64,000 bases of DNA, taken from sequence record PV158447.1, one strand, 5' to 3'. A program made the translations under genes and the position numbers. The notes under the pieces were generated by a model, which saw only the letters and a program-made list of their open reading frames with translations, was not told where the DNA came from and made no database searches. Shown piece after piece: positions 10,304-19,516 of the stretch. Numbering within the stretch: the stretch's first letter is position 1; the number at the start of each line of letters is the position of its first letter.

Positions 10304-12490
10304 ATGTCTTCTCAAAAATATGTTGTTAAAGGTTCTGGCCGCGACGGTACTAACCTGATGAAAATTATCGGTGCCGTGAACAACGGTATCGCTTACAACG
10401 CCGCTGCTCCCCTGAGTTCTATCCTGGGCGGTGAAGCCGCAATGACCGGCGCTGACCAACAGTTCCAATCTGGCATGTCCTTTGCTCAGAAAACTGCTTG
10501 TGCCAACGCTGTTGAAATGACTGGTAAGAACTTTGCTTCTGCTGCTGCCAAACTGGGCGATATGATGAAACTGTCCGGCCTGGAAAGTTTCTCTCAACAG
10601 CTGGAAGCTGGTGCAGTTGATCGTCAGAAAGCCGCCACTATCGAACTGAACGCCCGTTCTAATCGTCAGTGGGTTGCTGCTGAGAAACTGTTCCCGACTC
10701 TGATCCTGGGTTACAGTGACGAAGCGCTGATCCTGCCGGTTGACGTAGCTGGTGTTGGTGCCTATAACCTGGGTGGTAACTCCAACGAAGCTTTCGAAGA
10801 TCTGCGTCCGATCGCATCCGTCCTGCGTGACTCCAAGTTCAACCCCGGTGATGACTTGCGTCTGGTTCCGGTTCTGCCGGCTGATGACAAAGATCCGAAC
10901 TTCGATAAGTTCGTTACCCCGGCCATGTTTACCCCGTGGACCCATAGCTATGGTTCCCAGGATCTGCTGAACCGTGGTTCTCACCAGACCAACTATCTGG
11001 CCATCAAGAAAATCAACAACCTGATGTCCCTGTGTCAGGCACCTGGTGCTCCGAAGTTTGATCAAACTGACGAAATCGAACCTGGTTCCATCGCAATGGA
11101 ATCTGTTCTGTTTGGTCTGAAGTCCAAAGACGCCACCACAGTTACCTACGTAACTCTGGACACCCGGACCATGAGCGGTAACGCTATGCGTCCGTCTACT
11201 GGTGTGACCTCTGATGACAAACGTCAGATGAACTTCGTGATGAACAGCCTGAACGTCAAGCTGCTCAAGCAGAAGACCGGTGCTCCGACTACCGCATTTG
11301 ACAGCCTGCTGGCTGCCGGTGTTGAAGTGTTCGTTCAGTTTGAAATCAGTGGTACCTACCACAAGTCTCAGCGTAGCTGGTCCCCGACCACCTCCGTCGT
11401 TACCATCTCCTACCTGATGAAAGATGGTGTTAAGATGGTTCCGGGCACCCCGTCCATGCCGGCTGGTATCCAAGCTCTGGTTGATGCGCAAGTCCTGGAA
11501 GGTGAAGTTGTTGGTATCCTGCCGTACCTGAACCACAACAACGTGAACCGTAGCCGTTATGGTACCACCGTTGTTTACGCAACCACCAACAAGCCGTACA
11601 ACGTACATCGTCGTACCCCGATCTCCGTTAAGTACCCGATGAACGGTGATGACAACAATGCCGATGTACTGGCAATGCTGGTCAAACAGATGGACGTCAT
11701 GGTAACCCGCAACATGTCTCACGACGCGTTCAAAGCGGCCCACCAGCACTTCCAATACCTGTATGACAACAACGGTGCTCAAATCGTTAACATTAACGAT
11801 GACAGCTCCAGCATCCTGCCGGGTCAGCACTTCCTGCAAACCACTGCCGTTGATGCTAAGATCGATCTGGTAGCCGAAGTTTCCACCCTGGATTCCAAGG
11901 ATACCCGTGAGAACATCGAAGCAGCCCTGGTTAACAAGGTGTACGATATCATCACTGCACTGCGTGTAAACTCGAACATTGCGGCTCTGAAAGAGATCGA
12001 CGCTCGTGCTGAAGAATACGACATTATCGCTCACTCTTCCCTGGCTCCGTTCCTGATGACCGGTGGCGACTACCGCACCTTTGGCCAGAACATCAAGTTC
12101 AACATCTACGAAACCAACATCGACTCCGAAGTTGGTGCCATGTGGATTGTTCCGAAGTCTCACACTACTGAAAACCAAGTCGATATCTTCGGCGGCATGG
12201 GTGTGTGTATCGCCAAGGAACTCCTGGTCATCGAAGGTCAAGTAGCTCAGTCTGATCGTCAGTACAACATGATCATCACCCAGCCGGCTTATGGTCACCA
12301 CGGTCTGTGCCCGGTTGCTGGTCGCCTGACTGTTACTGACATCGAGAAACTGCTGGGCGACGAAGGTCTGATCTCCGCAGTCAACAAGCAGCTGGTTAAA
12401 ATCAGCGGTAAAGTTGAAACTACCGCAGCTACCGCTGGTGTTGCTGGTAAAGAAGTAGAAATCGAAGTTGGCGGTGCTACCGGCGGCTAA
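10304..12490 (+). CDS. major capsid protein (phiKZ gp120-like); start ATG 10304
   Basis: ~730 aa; AAAGGA RBS; extreme high-expression codon bias (CTG, GGT, CGT, AAC, ATC); SGLES maturation motif; strong UUCG terminator downstream. Confidence 0.9.
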   Translation: MSSQKYVVKGSGRDGTNLMKIIGAVNNGIAYNAAAPLSSILGGEAAMTGADQQFQSGMSFAQKTACANAVEMTGKNFASAAAKLGDMMKLSGLESFSQQLEAGAVDRQKAATIELNARSNRQWVAAEKLFPTLILGYSDEALILPVDVAGVGAYNLGGNSNEAFEDLRPIASVLRDSKFNPGDDLRLVPVLPADDKDPNFDKFVTPAMFTPWTHSYGSQDLLNRGSHQTNYLAIKKINNLMSLCQAPGAPKFDQTDEIEPGSIAMESVLFGLKSKDATTVTYVTLDTRTMSGNAMRPSTGVTSDDKRQMNFVMNSLNVKLLKQKTGAPTTAFDSLLAAGVEVFVQFEISGTYHKSQRSWSPTTSVVTISYLMKDGVKMVPGTPSMPAGIQALVDAQVLEGEVVGILPYLNHNNVNRSRYGTTVVYATTNKPYNVHRRTPISVKYPMNGDDNNADVLAMLVKQMDVMVTRNMSHDAFKAAHQHFQYLYDNNGAQIVNINDDSSSILPGQHFLQTTAVDAKIDLVAEVSTLDSKDTRENIEAALVNKVYDIITALRVNSNIAALKEIDARAEEYDIIAHSSLAPFLMTGGDYRTFGQNIKFNIYETNIDSEVGAMWIVPKSHTTENQVDIFGGMGVCIAKELLVIEGQVAQSDRQYNMIITQPAYGHHGLCPVAGRLTVTDIEKLLGDEGLISAVNKQLVKISGKVETTAATAGVAGKEVEIEVGGATGG

Positions 12491-12525
12491 GAACTTAACT
12501 TCTGTTAGGGTTAATATATAGAAAA

Positions 12526-12557
12526 AACCAGTACGTCCCTTCGGGGGCGTACTGGTT
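12526..12557 (+). terminator. intrinsic terminator with UUCG loop
   Basis: aaccagtacgtccc-ttcg-ggggcgtactggtt followed by attctttttg. Confidence 0.9.
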
Positions 12558-12595
12558 ATTCTTTTTGTTTGTACATAAAAATAAAGATCTATATT

Positions 12596-12613
12596 TTTTC
12601 AAATAGATATTAT
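12596..12613 (+). promoter_or_regulatory. putative early (virion RNAP) promoter
   Basis: TTTTCAAATAGATATTAT; motif recurs six times, always intergenic, just after a terminator or hairpin. Confidence 0.75.
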
Positions 12614-12668
12614 CTAATAGAAAGAGTCTGGGAATTTATCTTCCAGAATAACCATTAACCTAAAAGGA

Positions 12669-13709
12669 ATGTTTCTTATGTCGTGGTACGCCAACGATGT
12701 AAGAGATCCCAATGCTGGTTATGGATATACACAACAATTTATTAACTTGAGCACGGTTCCATTAGCATTAATCGATCGTACCGGACTGATAACGTATCTC
12801 AGTCCACGACGTGGTGATGTGATGGAGAATCGGGGGACACTAAAAGTAGTTCGTCGTTTTACGGTGACAAACTCCCGATCAACCAGTTGTAAACAAGTTA
12901 GAAACGATGTCTTTGGTAAAGCAATGGAGAAGGCTTATGACGATTCTGTCTGTTCTCCTGATCGCTCTGACAACGGTCTATGGATCGATGATGCGGCCAA
13001 CGGTATTGTTGAACAATATGTGGATATCCCCGAGCAAGGATCTTCTTACATTAACTACACACTAGGTTTCTTGGTATGTCGAGAAGCCGATATGAACAGT
13101 GAACTTCAGCGAACCGGATTTCTGTCCGGAGATGCGCTTGTTAACCTGGAACCTGACTTGAGTCAAGATCCTAAGTTACAGGCCCTTCACGCGGAAGAGC
13201 TGACTACTCTGAAATCGAATATTATTGTGGTTGATAACGAATTCCGTTATCAGTCGCTGTGGACCAATATCCACGGTCACGCTTTCCGAATCCCGTTGAT
13301 CAGAAAACGTGGGGTACTTGAAGAAGGTATTCATTTGAATATCGCAGGCACTGGTAAACAAACCGGTCACTTAGTTCATATATCCTTCGACGATCCCGAA
13401 TTCAGCAAGAAACTTGAAAAGTACAATATTCATTTCGACATGCGCTCCGCTGAAGTTGGTCAAACTTCCAAGGTTAACGTCAGTCTGGCAGAACGTCTTA
13501 AGAAGGCAGAAGCTGAACTGAAGAAACGAACCAAGGAGTACGAAGATTTAAAACAGCAATATGATCTCCATCAGAATGAGACCAAGCTATTTAAATCTAA
13601 CAAGCAAGGTAATTTTATACTCGACATCGCTAAATTCGGATGGAGTATCTTTGGTATAGAACTGAAGAGTATTCTGAAAAGTTGGGTATTCGGGGGAATC
13701 TTTGCTTAA
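12669..13709 (+). CDS. conserved protein with C-terminal coiled coil and hydrophobic tail
   Basis: AAGGA RBS; LAERLKKAEAELKKRTKEYEDLKQQ coiled coil; hydrophobic aromatic end. Confidence 0.65.
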   Translation: MFLMSWYANDVRDPNAGYGYTQQFINLSTVPLALIDRTGLITYLSPRRGDVMENRGTLKVVRRFTVTNSRSTSCKQVRNDVFGKAMEKAYDDSVCSPDRSDNGLWIDDAANGIVEQYVDIPEQGSSYINYTLGFLVCREADMNSELQRTGFLSGDALVNLEPDLSQDPKLQALHAEELTTLKSNIIVVDNEFRYQSLWTNIHGHAFRIPLIRKRGVLEEGIHLNIAGTGKQTGHLVHISFDDPEFSKKLEKYNIHFDMRSAEVGQTSKVNVSLAERLKKAEAELKKRTKEYEDLKQQYDLHQNETKLFKSNKQGNFILDIAKFGWSIFGIELKSILKSWVFGGIFA

Positions 13710-13732
13710 CCATTTAGAAGAGAGGAGATGTC

Positions 13733-15436
13733 ATGGATCCGCAATTGCTCAAGAAAATAGCTGCTTCCCAAAGGCCATTTACTAAGGAACTCGTTGACGG
13801 GTTTCATATGAAGGACTTGGAGAAGGGGATGCAGCACTTGGAAGGGCGTATGAGGAGTATGCTACGTTCTCTAGAGGAAAAGGGTTATTATTTCGACGGC
13901 ATCGAGATGGTTGATCCTCTGGAGTTCTATACGGGCATTACTCGTCCAGGACAGGGAACAGGAAGTGGCACCAAAGAGTTTGAAATCGCCAAGAACAGTT
14001 TCTACGGAGTGAGAATCAATAATCACTACAAAGATCCGAAGACTGGCGTGGTAGAAGAATTGAAATGTCCGTTTCAGTTCCTACCGTTCACAAATAAACA
14101 CGGAGACATTTATGTACGTAATTCTCTTTACGGGATGCAGTACGTTTTGTCTGAACGTGGTCCGTCGGTAGATGGTGGTCGAGAGAAAACTATCTTTGTC
14201 CGAGTAACGGGATACAAGTTTAAAACAACAAAAGAATTACACGCCTTTAACAGGATCAGTGTAATTGGTGATAAGATAAGTACTGCGGCAATTAACATGA
14301 CGTTGCCAGCTAACCGTTTCTATTCACCACGGGGAGATCGCGTAATAAAGAATACGAAAGTCCCGCTGCCTTTGTTGGCGTGGTATGTTTTCGGAAAGTA
14401 TGGCTTTACAGAAGCGATGAAGGTCTATGGGGAATGCGAGTACACACTCGACACCTTAGATACCTTGGTTGAGATTTGTAAAGAAAAAGATGGTTGGCAG
14501 ATTTATGCCAATACGGGATCGGTTCATCCAAAAGCGTTTGATCGTCCTCGAGGAGCCCCCATGACAGAGGAACCTGCAATTGCAGTGAGACCTCTGAATA
14601 AGGGTACTGAGATCAACAACTTAGCATTACAATACGTAGGTGGTTTGCTTCATATGTTTGGGGTGTTCAGTCATGAACTGGATGCTACCCAAATAGATGA
14701 CATTACTTATTGGCGCTGGTTGATTGGTCGTTGTTCTATTCGTTTGGCTGCTAAGGCTGGTCCCGATGCTTATCTTCGCCAGATGAACGAACACTTTGCT
14801 TCTGTAGAGGAATACGCCGATGATCTCACCATCGATAAGTACAATAAGTTCGACTTGGACATTAAGAACACTTATGACCTGTTGAACTACTTGTTGCTGA
14901 ACTATTCCAATTTGATCAAGTTGTACGACCCAGCCGACATGCTTCACAAAGAGCTTGCCAGCATGGAGTTCCTGTTTGATCACATGATCAAACAGGTGAA
15001 TGATTTCAAGTTCAGAATTCGCAACAAGACAATGATCAATCCGAAGATCATCAATCGTGAGATTGATTCTTTCTTCCGTCTGTTCAACGTAGACCGATCT
15101 GTTCGTGAGAGCAATGTCTGCTTAGAGCAAACAGGTACTGATAATCCGTTTATTGATTACGGACTTGGTATCATCTTGCAAACAAGGGCAACCGTAGGTC
15201 GCGGACCTGGTAAGAAGTCAGATGACTTTGATGCCAATCATCCTGGTTCCGCCATCCACGCTTCTCAGCCTTTTGTTTGTAGTTACCAGTATGCCTCGAA
15301 ACCCGCTCCTGATGGACGTGGCACACTGCAACCGCGTGTCCATCTCATACAGGGTCGTTATACCGCATTACACCCTGAGGACCGCGAGCTGTACCAAAAG
15401 ACAGCTAAACGGTTAAGGGAGCGGGAACCAATTTAA
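13733..15436 (+). CDS. non-virion RNA polymerase beta subunit, N-terminal part (phiKZ gp123-like)
   Basis: PFQFLPFTNKHGDIYVRNSLYGMQYVLSERG matches the beta PLMT..GTFIING region; AIHASQPFVC...DGRG matches the HPTHYGRVCP region; syntenic with MCP. Confidence 0.85.
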   Translation: MDPQLLKKIAASQRPFTKELVDGFHMKDLEKGMQHLEGRMRSMLRSLEEKGYYFDGIEMVDPLEFYTGITRPGQGTGSGTKEFEIAKNSFYGVRINNHYKDPKTGVVEELKCPFQFLPFTNKHGDIYVRNSLYGMQYVLSERGPSVDGGREKTIFVRVTGYKFKTTKELHAFNRISVIGDKISTAAINMTLPANRFYSPRGDRVIKNTKVPLPLLAWYVFGKYGFTEAMKVYGECEYTLDTLDTLVEICKEKDGWQIYANTGSVHPKAFDRPRGAPMTEEPAIAVRPLNKGTEINNLALQYVGGLLHMFGVFSHELDATQIDDITYWRWLIGRCSIRLAAKAGPDAYLRQMNEHFASVEEYADDLTIDKYNKFDLDIKNTYDLLNYLLLNYSNLIKLYDPADMLHKELASMEFLFDHMIKQVNDFKFRIRNKTMINPKIINREIDSFFRLFNVDRSVRESNVCLEQTGTDNPFIDYGLGIILQTRATVGRGPGKKSDDFDANHPGSAIHASQPFVCSYQYASKPAPDGRGTLQPRVHLIQGRYTALHPEDRELYQKTAKRLREREPI

Positions 15437-15450
15437 TTTAGGAGTTCTCA

Positions 15451-17976
15451 ATGTCATCAGGTCGTGTCATCCAGCCTCGTTCTCAACAAATGGGCGGAAT
15501 GAATAATCAAGTACAACAGAACCAACCTGGAATGCAACAGGGGCAGATCCCTGGGCAGCAACAGTATGGGAATCAACCCACTCCCGGTAGTCAGGCAGTC
15601 GGTGCCATCAGGAACCTAGCCGGAATCGCAAAACGTGGAGTAGCGGCCCAAGGTCAAGGTGGTGGTTGGGGGTTTTCCCACGAACGTCACAATACCTCGT
15701 TAACAGGAGAATTTGGTAAGTTTAAAGAAGACCTCATGACAGATGAAATGCTTCGTGGAGAGTATTTCACTTACGCATCAGAATTGGGTGCAATGGCCAT
15801 GCAAGCCATTGTTCGACGAAATGATCGGGGTGGATTTTACGGAGCGTTCCTTTCTGGATTGGAATTGGTGAAATCAGGTAACCCAAATATGCCTGGTCAA
15901 GTAGAACCTATCCGCGAGGAATTCTACAAGGAAATCCAGTGTAACGCCAGCATTTACCAGCATATTCTCTCCAACACAATTATTCAAGTTGTCGGTGATT
16001 TGACTGGGATGCAAACACAAGGTCGGCATATCACTCAGGATGGCAGTGATCTTCGTCGACTGCTGACCGAGTGTGCTGGCGTTTGTGCTTGGTTCATGTT
16101 GGTTGAGTACATTCTCTCTCACCCACAGTCTGCTAACGTCATTGGTAGTTTGACTCCGTTCACTCGTAAGTACTTGAGTAATCTGGAAATGTATTATGGC
16201 ATTTTCAAAGCCCGATATGAACAAGTGGATGACGCTCAAATTCCCTGGAACATCTCCAGAGTAAGTGAGATCTTGAAGGGACCGTCAATCGTTAACCCAC
16301 TGCTGGATCCCAACCTTTGGCTAGACCCTCATTCCAATATTTCCGTTCAAACCGCCAATCAACATCGTGTAGATGGCGGCCTTGATCTGCTAGGTCAACT
16401 TCCTGGCGGAACGGGCATTGGTTATGGTCAGCCTAGCGCCCCTAAAAGCGAGCTGGATGCGTTTTGTGAGCGTCTGATGCTTGAGGCAAGGGAAGCTAGG
16501 GAGAAAGAGGAGAGGGCTGCTAGAGGTGATTACATGGCGAATGGCGGGATGTCCCACGGACCTGCTTTCACCGATGTTGACCGTCAGATCCCTTCCTTGG
16601 AGAAATTCTCCTGGGAAAATGCCCAGTACTTTGATCTGAATGATTACCTCATTAAGATCCCGAATAGCAAATACTCAGTGATGACGATTGAGAATGCTGC
16701 CGCTCTGATCACTCATTTCCGTTTTAGAAACACCAACCGGATGTGTTCCACCGTTGATGTAATGGGTCAGTCTGCTGAAGATGTACCAATTTTCCATTTT
16801 AATATGGAAACTCGGCAAGCTGACATTCGTTATGTTCATATGTCCTTTGAGGAGCACGGATACAGTATGTACGATAAAGTGTTGAGTAATCCTGATCTCT
16901 TACTTCCTTATATGTGGGAAGAAGATGGACAGGTTATTACCAACTGGCAGCCTCGGCCTGTCACTACCGATAGTCTCATTGGAGAAGAAAATAATCTCAA
17001 ACCTCTCTCCCCAATGGTTCCATTGGAAGAACGTCCGAACATGCTCTTTGGTAATAAGTGTGTCACATTTAGTGAAGATGATGTGATGCTGAATAAGGTA
17101 GATTCTTATACCAAAACCTTCGATCCGAAAGGGACGTTAGATGCGTTTGTACTACCGGTAAAAATGGTCGGTAACTTGACTGTTGACCCAAGTTTTAATA
17201 TCAAGGATCATTACGAAGAAATAGAATCTATCTTCAATCCCGACAATGCCCGTGAACACGGCGACTTCTTCAATACACTTCGTATCGTAGAACGTTTCCT
17301 GAAATCTTCCCGTAATGCCCCGCTGGGTGGATTTATTACCCAGCACATCACCACTGTGGTTAACCGTTGGTTGATTGAAGCTCGCGGATATAACGAACTG
17401 GGTACCGGCAAACAGTGTTTGCACCTGGAAAACATTTTCCAGGACCTGGACCAGTTCAAAGAACATCTGATGAACAAGGATCAACCGACACTCATCAGTT
17501 TCCTGAAAGGAGGGAGTCGTTCCACTCTGTATCGCGAGATTCGTATCTTCGCTAGTCAAGAGAAAGCAAAGGAATACTTCACCAAGAACGTTGATAAAGA
17601 CGATCCGGTAGAAGTCGCCGCCGCCGAGAATATGGTAAATACTGACCTGCTCCTGACCTCTGATGCAATTGTTATTCAACTGCGTAAAGAGTACGGACCT
17701 GTTAGTGAAGGTACCGTCAGAGTGGAGGAATCTCGTAATCCTAAACTCTTTGCTATTATCCGGCAAGCACTGGAAACCACCAAGAAACATTTCAACAAGG
17801 AACCTGCTATCTTGCTTGTTCATGAGAAGTCGACTGGTGCAAGAGTACGCTCTGTTAAGTTCTCTGAATTTGATGACAGTGTACTTTCCATGAGGGCATT
17901 GGATAAGTCCTGTGGGCTACTGCTGGGGGTTCCTGTGGCGCTACCAGAAACCATTGATCACATTCGACAGCGATAA
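15451..17976 (+). CDS. large conserved hypothetical protein with Q/G/N-rich N-terminus
   Basis: 841-aa ORF; AGGAG RBS; co-transcribed after the RNAP subunit. Confidence 0.7.
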   Translation: MSSGRVIQPRSQQMGGMNNQVQQNQPGMQQGQIPGQQQYGNQPTPGSQAVGAIRNLAGIAKRGVAAQGQGGGWGFSHERHNTSLTGEFGKFKEDLMTDEMLRGEYFTYASELGAMAMQAIVRRNDRGGFYGAFLSGLELVKSGNPNMPGQVEPIREEFYKEIQCNASIYQHILSNTIIQVVGDLTGMQTQGRHITQDGSDLRRLLTECAGVCAWFMLVEYILSHPQSANVIGSLTPFTRKYLSNLEMYYGIFKARYEQVDDAQIPWNISRVSEILKGPSIVNPLLDPNLWLDPHSNISVQTANQHRVDGGLDLLGQLPGGTGIGYGQPSAPKSELDAFCERLMLEAREAREKEERAARGDYMANGGMSHGPAFTDVDRQIPSLEKFSWENAQYFDLNDYLIKIPNSKYSVMTIENAAALITHFRFRNTNRMCSTVDVMGQSAEDVPIFHFNMETRQADIRYVHMSFEEHGYSMYDKVLSNPDLLLPYMWEEDGQVITNWQPRPVTTDSLIGEENNLKPLSPMVPLEERPNMLFGNKCVTFSEDDVMLNKVDSYTKTFDPKGTLDAFVLPVKMVGNLTVDPSFNIKDHYEEIESIFNPDNAREHGDFFNTLRIVERFLKSSRNAPLGGFITQHITTVVNRWLIEARGYNELGTGKQCLHLENIFQDLDQFKEHLMNKDQPTLISFLKGGSRSTLYREIRIFASQEKAKEYFTKNVDKDDPVEVAAAENMVNTDLLLTSDAIVIQLRKEYGPVSEGTVRVEESRNPKLFAIIRQALETTKKHFNKEPAILLVHEKSTGARVRSVKFSEFDDSVLSMRALDKSCGLLLGVPVALPETIDHIRQR

Positions 17977-17991
17977 CAACTAACACTGAGA

Positions 17992-18025
17992 AGGAGACTC
18001 TAACCCAAACGGGTTAGAGTCTCCT
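17992..18025 (+). terminator. terminator-like hairpin
   Basis: aggagactctaaccc-aaac-gggttagagtctcct, perfect 15-bp stem. Confidence 0.8.
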
Positions 18026-18165
18026 CATTCTCTCTGTAATCGTTTTGTAGAGATTCTTGATATCAATGTGATAAACTAGACTAATAAGATAAAGAAATCG
18101 TTTATAGCGTTTCCTATAGCCCTTGAACTGGCTGTAGAAAACCAAATACATTTAATATCCATAAT

Positions 18166-18183
18166 TTTTCAAACCTATATTAC
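18166..18183 (+). promoter_or_regulatory. putative early promoter
   Basis: TTTTCAAACCTATATTAC; contains TATATTAC, the published phiKZ early promoter core. Confidence 0.7.
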
Positions 18184-18246
18184 TAAAGTGATAAACATAG
18201 ATAGTTTATCTAAACCATTTAATTAATTTAGGAAAAGGGAAATATC

Positions 18247-18636
18247 ATGGAAACTGTAACTCAACAACTGCCCGTAGTAAATGACCACGGTGATCTGTTC
18301 CTGGAGAACTCCCGGACTCGCAACGCCATCTATGGTGCGATCGGCGGTCTGGTAACTGCCGGTTCTCTGGCCCTGGAATCTGATCTGTCCAACCGTGACA
18401 TCCTGGTCAACATGGCGGCCGGTGCCGTAGCAGGCGGGGCCGTAGCCTCCCTGATCAAAGGTGTCCCCAGTTTCGGCGGGCTTGGTACTGCCTATGCCGT
18501 GAGCGTTGGTGTCGGTTCTGCACTGATCCTGACCCGTCCTCTGATTCTGGGTCTGAACAAGGTCGTCGATGTTTTCAACACCGATGAAGTAAATGACGAA
18601 GCATTCCCGGAAGTAGAAGATCTTCCGACCGTTTAA
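18247..18636 (+). CDS. glycine-zipper membrane protein (paralog A)
   Basis: Three Gly/Ala-rich hydrophobic helices (GAIGGLVTAG, AAGAVAGGAVA, GVGSALIL); highly expressed codon bias; strong RBS. Confidence 0.75.
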   Translation: METVTQQLPVVNDHGDLFLENSRTRNAIYGAIGGLVTAGSLALESDLSNRDILVNMAAGAVAGGAVASLIKGVPSFGGLGTAYAVSVGVGSALILTRPLILGLNKVVDVFNTDEVNDEAFPEVEDLPTV

Positions 18637-18691
18637 ACAACATCGCCATTGAGTAGGATTATTCCTACGGTTAATTTAGGAGAATAATAAC

Positions 18692-19447
18692 ATGTCAGAC
18701 GTAATCCTGCTCGATAAAGAATTTAAAGATCTTAACACCGAAGGTATGATGCAGTCCCTGGTGACGGGTGCTGGCAAATATCTGTATTTCCGTGATCTCG
18801 GTCATGGATACCGTGTTGTCAAGAAGCTGACTGGGCACGATAACCAGGAAGCGTATGTGAAGGTTCCCAAGATGCTCTTTATCGAGAGCGGGTTCTTTCG
18901 CGAAACCCTCGCCAAAGATGGCGTAACCCAAACTGTAGTTAATAACTTCGTTAACCAAATCAAGAAGGAAAGTAAAATGGAAATCACTAACAAAGAAGCT
19001 CTGAGCAACGAAAACGCCGCTCCTGTAGAAACCGCTGAAGTGGTAACTCCGGTAGAACAAGCACAACCCGCCCTGCCGATAATCTCTGACGATTCTGACG
19101 AGCTGCTGGGTTGTTCCCGGAACCGCATGATCGCCGTGGGTGGTGTAGCCGCCCTGGTTACCTCCGTGGCTCAGAGTCTGCTCGGTGGCGCAGGTGGTGT
19201 TCGGACTGGTGCCAATGCTGTTGTCTCTACTCTGGGTGGAGCGGCAGTTGGTTATGTTACAGATAAAGCGTTTGAAGGGGCCCCTGCGTACCTGACCGCA
19301 CTCGGGCTGGGTTCCGCTGTAGGCTCCATGGTCACCATGGGTTCTAACGTATTTTTCCCGAAAGCCAAAGAAGTGGAAGAACAAGAATGGACTGGTGAAA
19401 TGGATTATTCCATGATGCCAGTTCAACCTGAACTGCCTGCCGTATAA
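18692..19447 (+). CDS. glycine-zipper membrane protein (paralog B) with soluble N-terminal extension
   Basis: AGGAG RBS; C-terminal half aligns by eye to paralog A; three hydrophobic Gly-rich helices. Confidence 0.75.
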   Translation: MSDVILLDKEFKDLNTEGMMQSLVTGAGKYLYFRDLGHGYRVVKKLTGHDNQEAYVKVPKMLFIESGFFRETLAKDGVTQTVVNNFVNQIKKESKMEITNKEALSNENAAPVETAEVVTPVEQAQPALPIISDDSDELLGCSRNRMIAVGGVAALVTSVAQSLLGGAGGVRTGANAVVSTLGGAAVGYVTDKAFEGAPAYLTALGLGSAVGSMVTMGSNVFFPKAKEVEEQEWTGEMDYSMMPVQPELPAV

Positions 19448-19460
19448 CAAATAAGATAAA

Positions 19461-19486
19461 CCTACTCTCCCAATTGGGAGAGTAGG
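19461..19486. terminator. bidirectional terminator hairpin (CT-rich family)
   Basis: cctactctccc-aatt-gggagagtagg between convergent genes. Confidence 0.8.
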
Positions 19487-19516
19487 TTCTTATTACGATA
19501 CTATTTTATTTTTGGT

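Noticed and set aside
10286-12301. 671-aa antisense ORF over the capsid gene
   Set aside because: Expected shadow of the strong RNY codon bias of a highly expressed gene; no RBS, and the V/D/H-rich composition is mirror-frame-like
18695-19450. 251-aa antisense ORF exactly mirroring 18692-19447
   Set aside because: Same codon-bias artefact; no RBS or promoter motif
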